A stretch of 64,000 bases of DNA. It comes from Diplonema japonicum (lineage: Eukaryota > Protista > Euglenozoa: Diplonemea). Below are positions 61,332 to 64,000 of this stretch, in pieces. The stretch spans positions 248,001-312,000 of the forward strand of contig OZ025731.1 of the NCBI GenBank assembly GCA_964019335.1. The letters run 5' to 3'. Under the pieces are notes generated by a model that was given only the letters and a program-made list of their open reading frames with translations, did no database searches and was not told where the DNA came from. Within the stretch, counting starts at the first letter, position 1. Each line of letters opens with the position of its first letter. The position numbers were made by a program, and so were the translations under genes.

Positions 61332-61997
61332 ATGCTTTGTCGGGGATTAGGAAGGCGGCAGGCACGATGTTTAAGTAGAACCGCAACTTTACGGGATCTA
61401 TCATACAAAAACTCCGAATGGCAAGCCGACAAGATGACCACCAACAGAGGCCGCTCGTTGATAAACTCAGACACCACGCTTTATGATTTTATGGTTTACG
61501 GTTTCCAGCTCAGCCGAAAACGGGGAACAGTGGAGGCAAGAGTAGCCAACCTGTTGGAGTACACGCAGAAAAATATTGGGATGGTGAGTATGCGAAGCAA
61601 GGCCTTCAATTACTCTTTGTATTACTACTACCCAGTCATCCACAAAGCCGCTTCGAACCTTCTCTACAATTTCAAACTGCAGCCCCTTCTGATGCACAAG
61701 GTCCACCATCTCATTCAGTACTTTCACGCCGGGCAGTCGTATGCGAGAGGGGGGAAAAAAAAAAAAGATTAACACAGGCAACAATATAAATCCATTATTC
61801 GTAAACCCGCGAACTTTCGTTACTTTTGGCTTTGGTGGCTCACCAGACGAAACCAGTTCAAGGGTATTCATCAATACGATGTTTACGAGTACGCCAGAAA
61901 GTGTGCCAACGGTGAGGTAAAACTCCCGCAGATGAGAAGGACGGCAGAGAGCTGGAGGAGCTTATACAAAAACGCATTCGAGGGCAAACAGGGGTAA
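61332..61997 (+). CDS. Hypothetical protein with mitochondrial-presequence-like N-terminus; intron 61739-61777
   Basis: MLCRGLGRRQARCLSR; removing the 39-nt GT-AG intron extends the ORF by about 73 codons to TAA at 61995-61997. Confidence 0.75.
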
Positions 61998-62165
61998 AAA
62001 AAAAAAAAAAAAGGAGAAAAACAAACTCTCAAGTGTTTTTTTTTTTTTTTTTTTTTTTTTTCCCGCAGTGTTTTTTTTTTTATCCCCTTCCCCTCCCTTT
62101 CCTGCCTGCTTTAATTATTTTTTTTTTTTATAGATACACACAAATAAATAAATAAAAAAAAAAAG

Positions 62166-62765
62166 ATGCCATCTGTCACCCTTCAGGTCATCCTTCCTGA
62201 CGGAGCCAGCACTACTATAGACGCAGTTGCTACCGACACCGTTAAAAGTCTTCACAAACGAATCGCAGAGGCCACGGGCATCGATGAGAAAAAAAGTGCT
62301 TTGGTGTTCGATGGCAAAGCTCTGAGGGATGGGTTGGTCCAGGAGTACCCTTTTGAGGACCAGAGCACCGTTGAACTCAAAAGTGAATGCTGGTTCGAGG
62401 AAATGAAGGAGGAAGGCGTACTGGTCGACTTATCACACGTGTGGTACCGCCACATGCAGTATAAGTCAACTCGTGGGCTTGAACCCCTCCTTGCGGCCCT
62501 TCAGGAAGCCTCGTTGTCAGACCACCGGACTGTTGGGTATTACTATCACATAGGTCGTGTCGAAGGCGGGTTGCTTTATGATGGTGTTGAAGTTTCGGAT
62601 TCGGAATGGCCCGTCAAGGACCCTGTTCTTCTTGCCTGCGGTAGCATTACATGGGGTTCACCTGCCGATTGGAGGGGGTCTGGGACGCCATCTGATCAAA
62701 CGTCTACCCAAGTGGGGAGGGGTTGGGATACATGGAGGACCTGCAGAAAGATTAGGCTCCAGTAA
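62166..62765 (+). CDS. Protein with N-terminal ubiquitin-like domain
   Basis: LQVILPDG..DTVKSLHKRIAEATGI..LVFDGKAL. Confidence 0.75.
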   Translation: MPSVTLQVILPDGASTTIDAVATDTVKSLHKRIAEATGIDEKKSALVFDGKALRDGLVQEYPFEDQSTVELKSECWFEEMKEEGVLVDLSHVWYRHMQYKSTRGLEPLLAALQEASLSDHRTVGYYYHIGRVEGGLLYDGVEVSDSEWPVKDPVLLACGSITWGSPADWRGSGTPSDQTSTQVGRGWDTWRTCRKIRLQ

Positions 62766-63364
62766 AGGGCGGAGAGAAAAAGAGAGACGACACTTCTCCA
62801 GTTGGTGTTAAATTGCTTCTTGCTTCTTGTTTCCTATCTCCCTTATTCTAAAGGTTTTTGTTTTTTTTGTTTTTTTTTTTTTGCGTCCGGGGGGGGGGGG
62901 GGGGGGGCAGATCAACCTTTATCCTCCCTCTTTTTTTAAATGTGCTTGTTTCTTCTTTCTTTCTTTTTTTTTTTTTTTTTTTTTTGCTCAGATAATCAAA
63001 ACAAGATGTTTTTGAACTGCCAAAAAAGAAAAGTGCGGACATTAATCCGGACGTTCCAAAACAGGAACCTCCTTTATCTCATCTCTTTTTTTTTTTTTTT
63101 TTTGTATTGTGGTTGGGAAAAGCACTCTCCAAACCTGCTGGGACTATGAACCGTTGAAGGGTGCCTCTCACCTGAAGAGAACAGCACCTGGAGGAGTCGC
63201 GAGATATGTCCGAAGCTGTGAGACACCTCTGACCATTACCCGTTCCCCTTCTTTAGGGCGAGTTTTTTGTTTCCTTTTTCCCATCCCCCCCCCCTTTTTT
63301 TTCCAGATCCTCCTTTATCTCCTCCCAGATGGATTCTACTTTCTACACATAAGAAAAAAAAAAA

Positions 63365-64000
63365 ATGCCAATTATCGAATCAGCTGTGGTGACAGGCTGT
63401 GTTGGGAACGGGGTGCTGCTCACCATATCCGATTGGTGTGCACAGACAATTGAGACAGGTGCTAAAGACGACCCGGAACGGGGCAAAACACAGAATTATG
63501 ATTATGTTAGAACAGCAAGGTACGCGGGGATAGGGGTTTTTCTGACGGGCCCGCTCACCATGTGCAGGTACATGGTGCTGGGAAATATGTTTGGGTTTAA
63601 CGCAGGAGGCGCTGTGGCTGTGCAGAAAATGGTGTTCAATCAGCTGATTTTCGACCCCCCAGAAACGGCGGTTCACCTTGCAGGGCTCGAGTACCTAAGG
63701 TCAAAAGACGTCAACTCAGCGGTAGAAAAGCTCCGGGCGGACTATACAAAAGTACAGATCCCCTCATGGGGGCTGGCAGTGCCCGTGAACATCGCTACCT
63801 TCACGTTCTTTCCTGAGATTTGGCAGCAGTTGGTTTTCCAGAAATCGGTCGGGACGTGTTTCAACGTCTATTTTTCCTATGTTGCGAACCTCAAAGTGTC
63901 CACTGATGAAGATAGAGAGAGAAAGGTAGACGCTGCGGAACGGCATCGCGTCCTGATACCCAGGAAGCGGCGGCTCAAGCTTTCTACGACGCGTCCCGTG
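63365..64000 (+). CDS. Mpv17/PMP22-family membrane protein (runs off the window end; absent from the ORF track)
   Basis: Manual translation: ISDWCAQ..YDYVRTARY..GP..KMVFNQLIFDP..KLRADY..SW..VPVNIATF..FNVYFSYVAN. Confidence 0.88.
   Translation, partial: MPIIESAVVTGCVGNGVLLTISDWCAQTIETGAKDDPERGKTQNYDYVRTARYAGIGVFLTGPLTMCRYMVLGNMFGFNAGGAVAVQKMVFNQLIFDPPETAVHLAGLEYLRSKDVNSAVEKLRADYTKVQIPSWGLAVPVNIATFTFFPEIWQQLVFQKSVGTCFNVYFSYVANLKVSTDEDRERKVDAAERHRVLIPRKRRLKLSTTRPV

Overview
Eukaryotic nuclear DNA, most likely a euglenozoan (diplonemid-like) protist; this is inferred from gene architecture and domain content, not from a search. About 20 host genes all lie on the + strand, separated by long poly-A/T/G/C tracts, and there is a 200-N scaffold gap at 24276-24475. 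Recognisable products are an F-box/MATH-like protein, a RING-H2 protein, CDC50/LEM3, an O-fucosyltransferase-like protein, a PSP1+CCCH poly-Q protein, four LVIVD-repeat membrane proteins, a dual-specificity phosphatase, an EF-hand-bearing cyclic-nucleotide-gated channel, a biotin carboxylase alpha subunit (MCC-like), a ubiquitin-like protein and an Mpv17/PMP22 protein missed by the ORF track. Genes carry tiny (39-75 nt) GT-AG introns, most of them with poly-A rather than polypyrimidine 3' tracts. Mobile DNA includes RT-deleted non-LTR retroelements, two decayed piggyBacs plus a MITE, other MITEs, a Sola-like element, a 301-bp dispersed repeat and two Crypton-like tyrosine-recombinase elements. 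Three candidates stand out: (1) a tandem array of LVIVD beta-propeller surface proteins with essentially identical constant regions, a deeply diverged central variable cassette and swapped TM/tail modules; (2) tyrosine-recombinase elements sharing an A..A'-TAA-N6-TTA-B..B' architecture that would give a circle with two inverted recombination sites; (3) the poly-A mini-introns.
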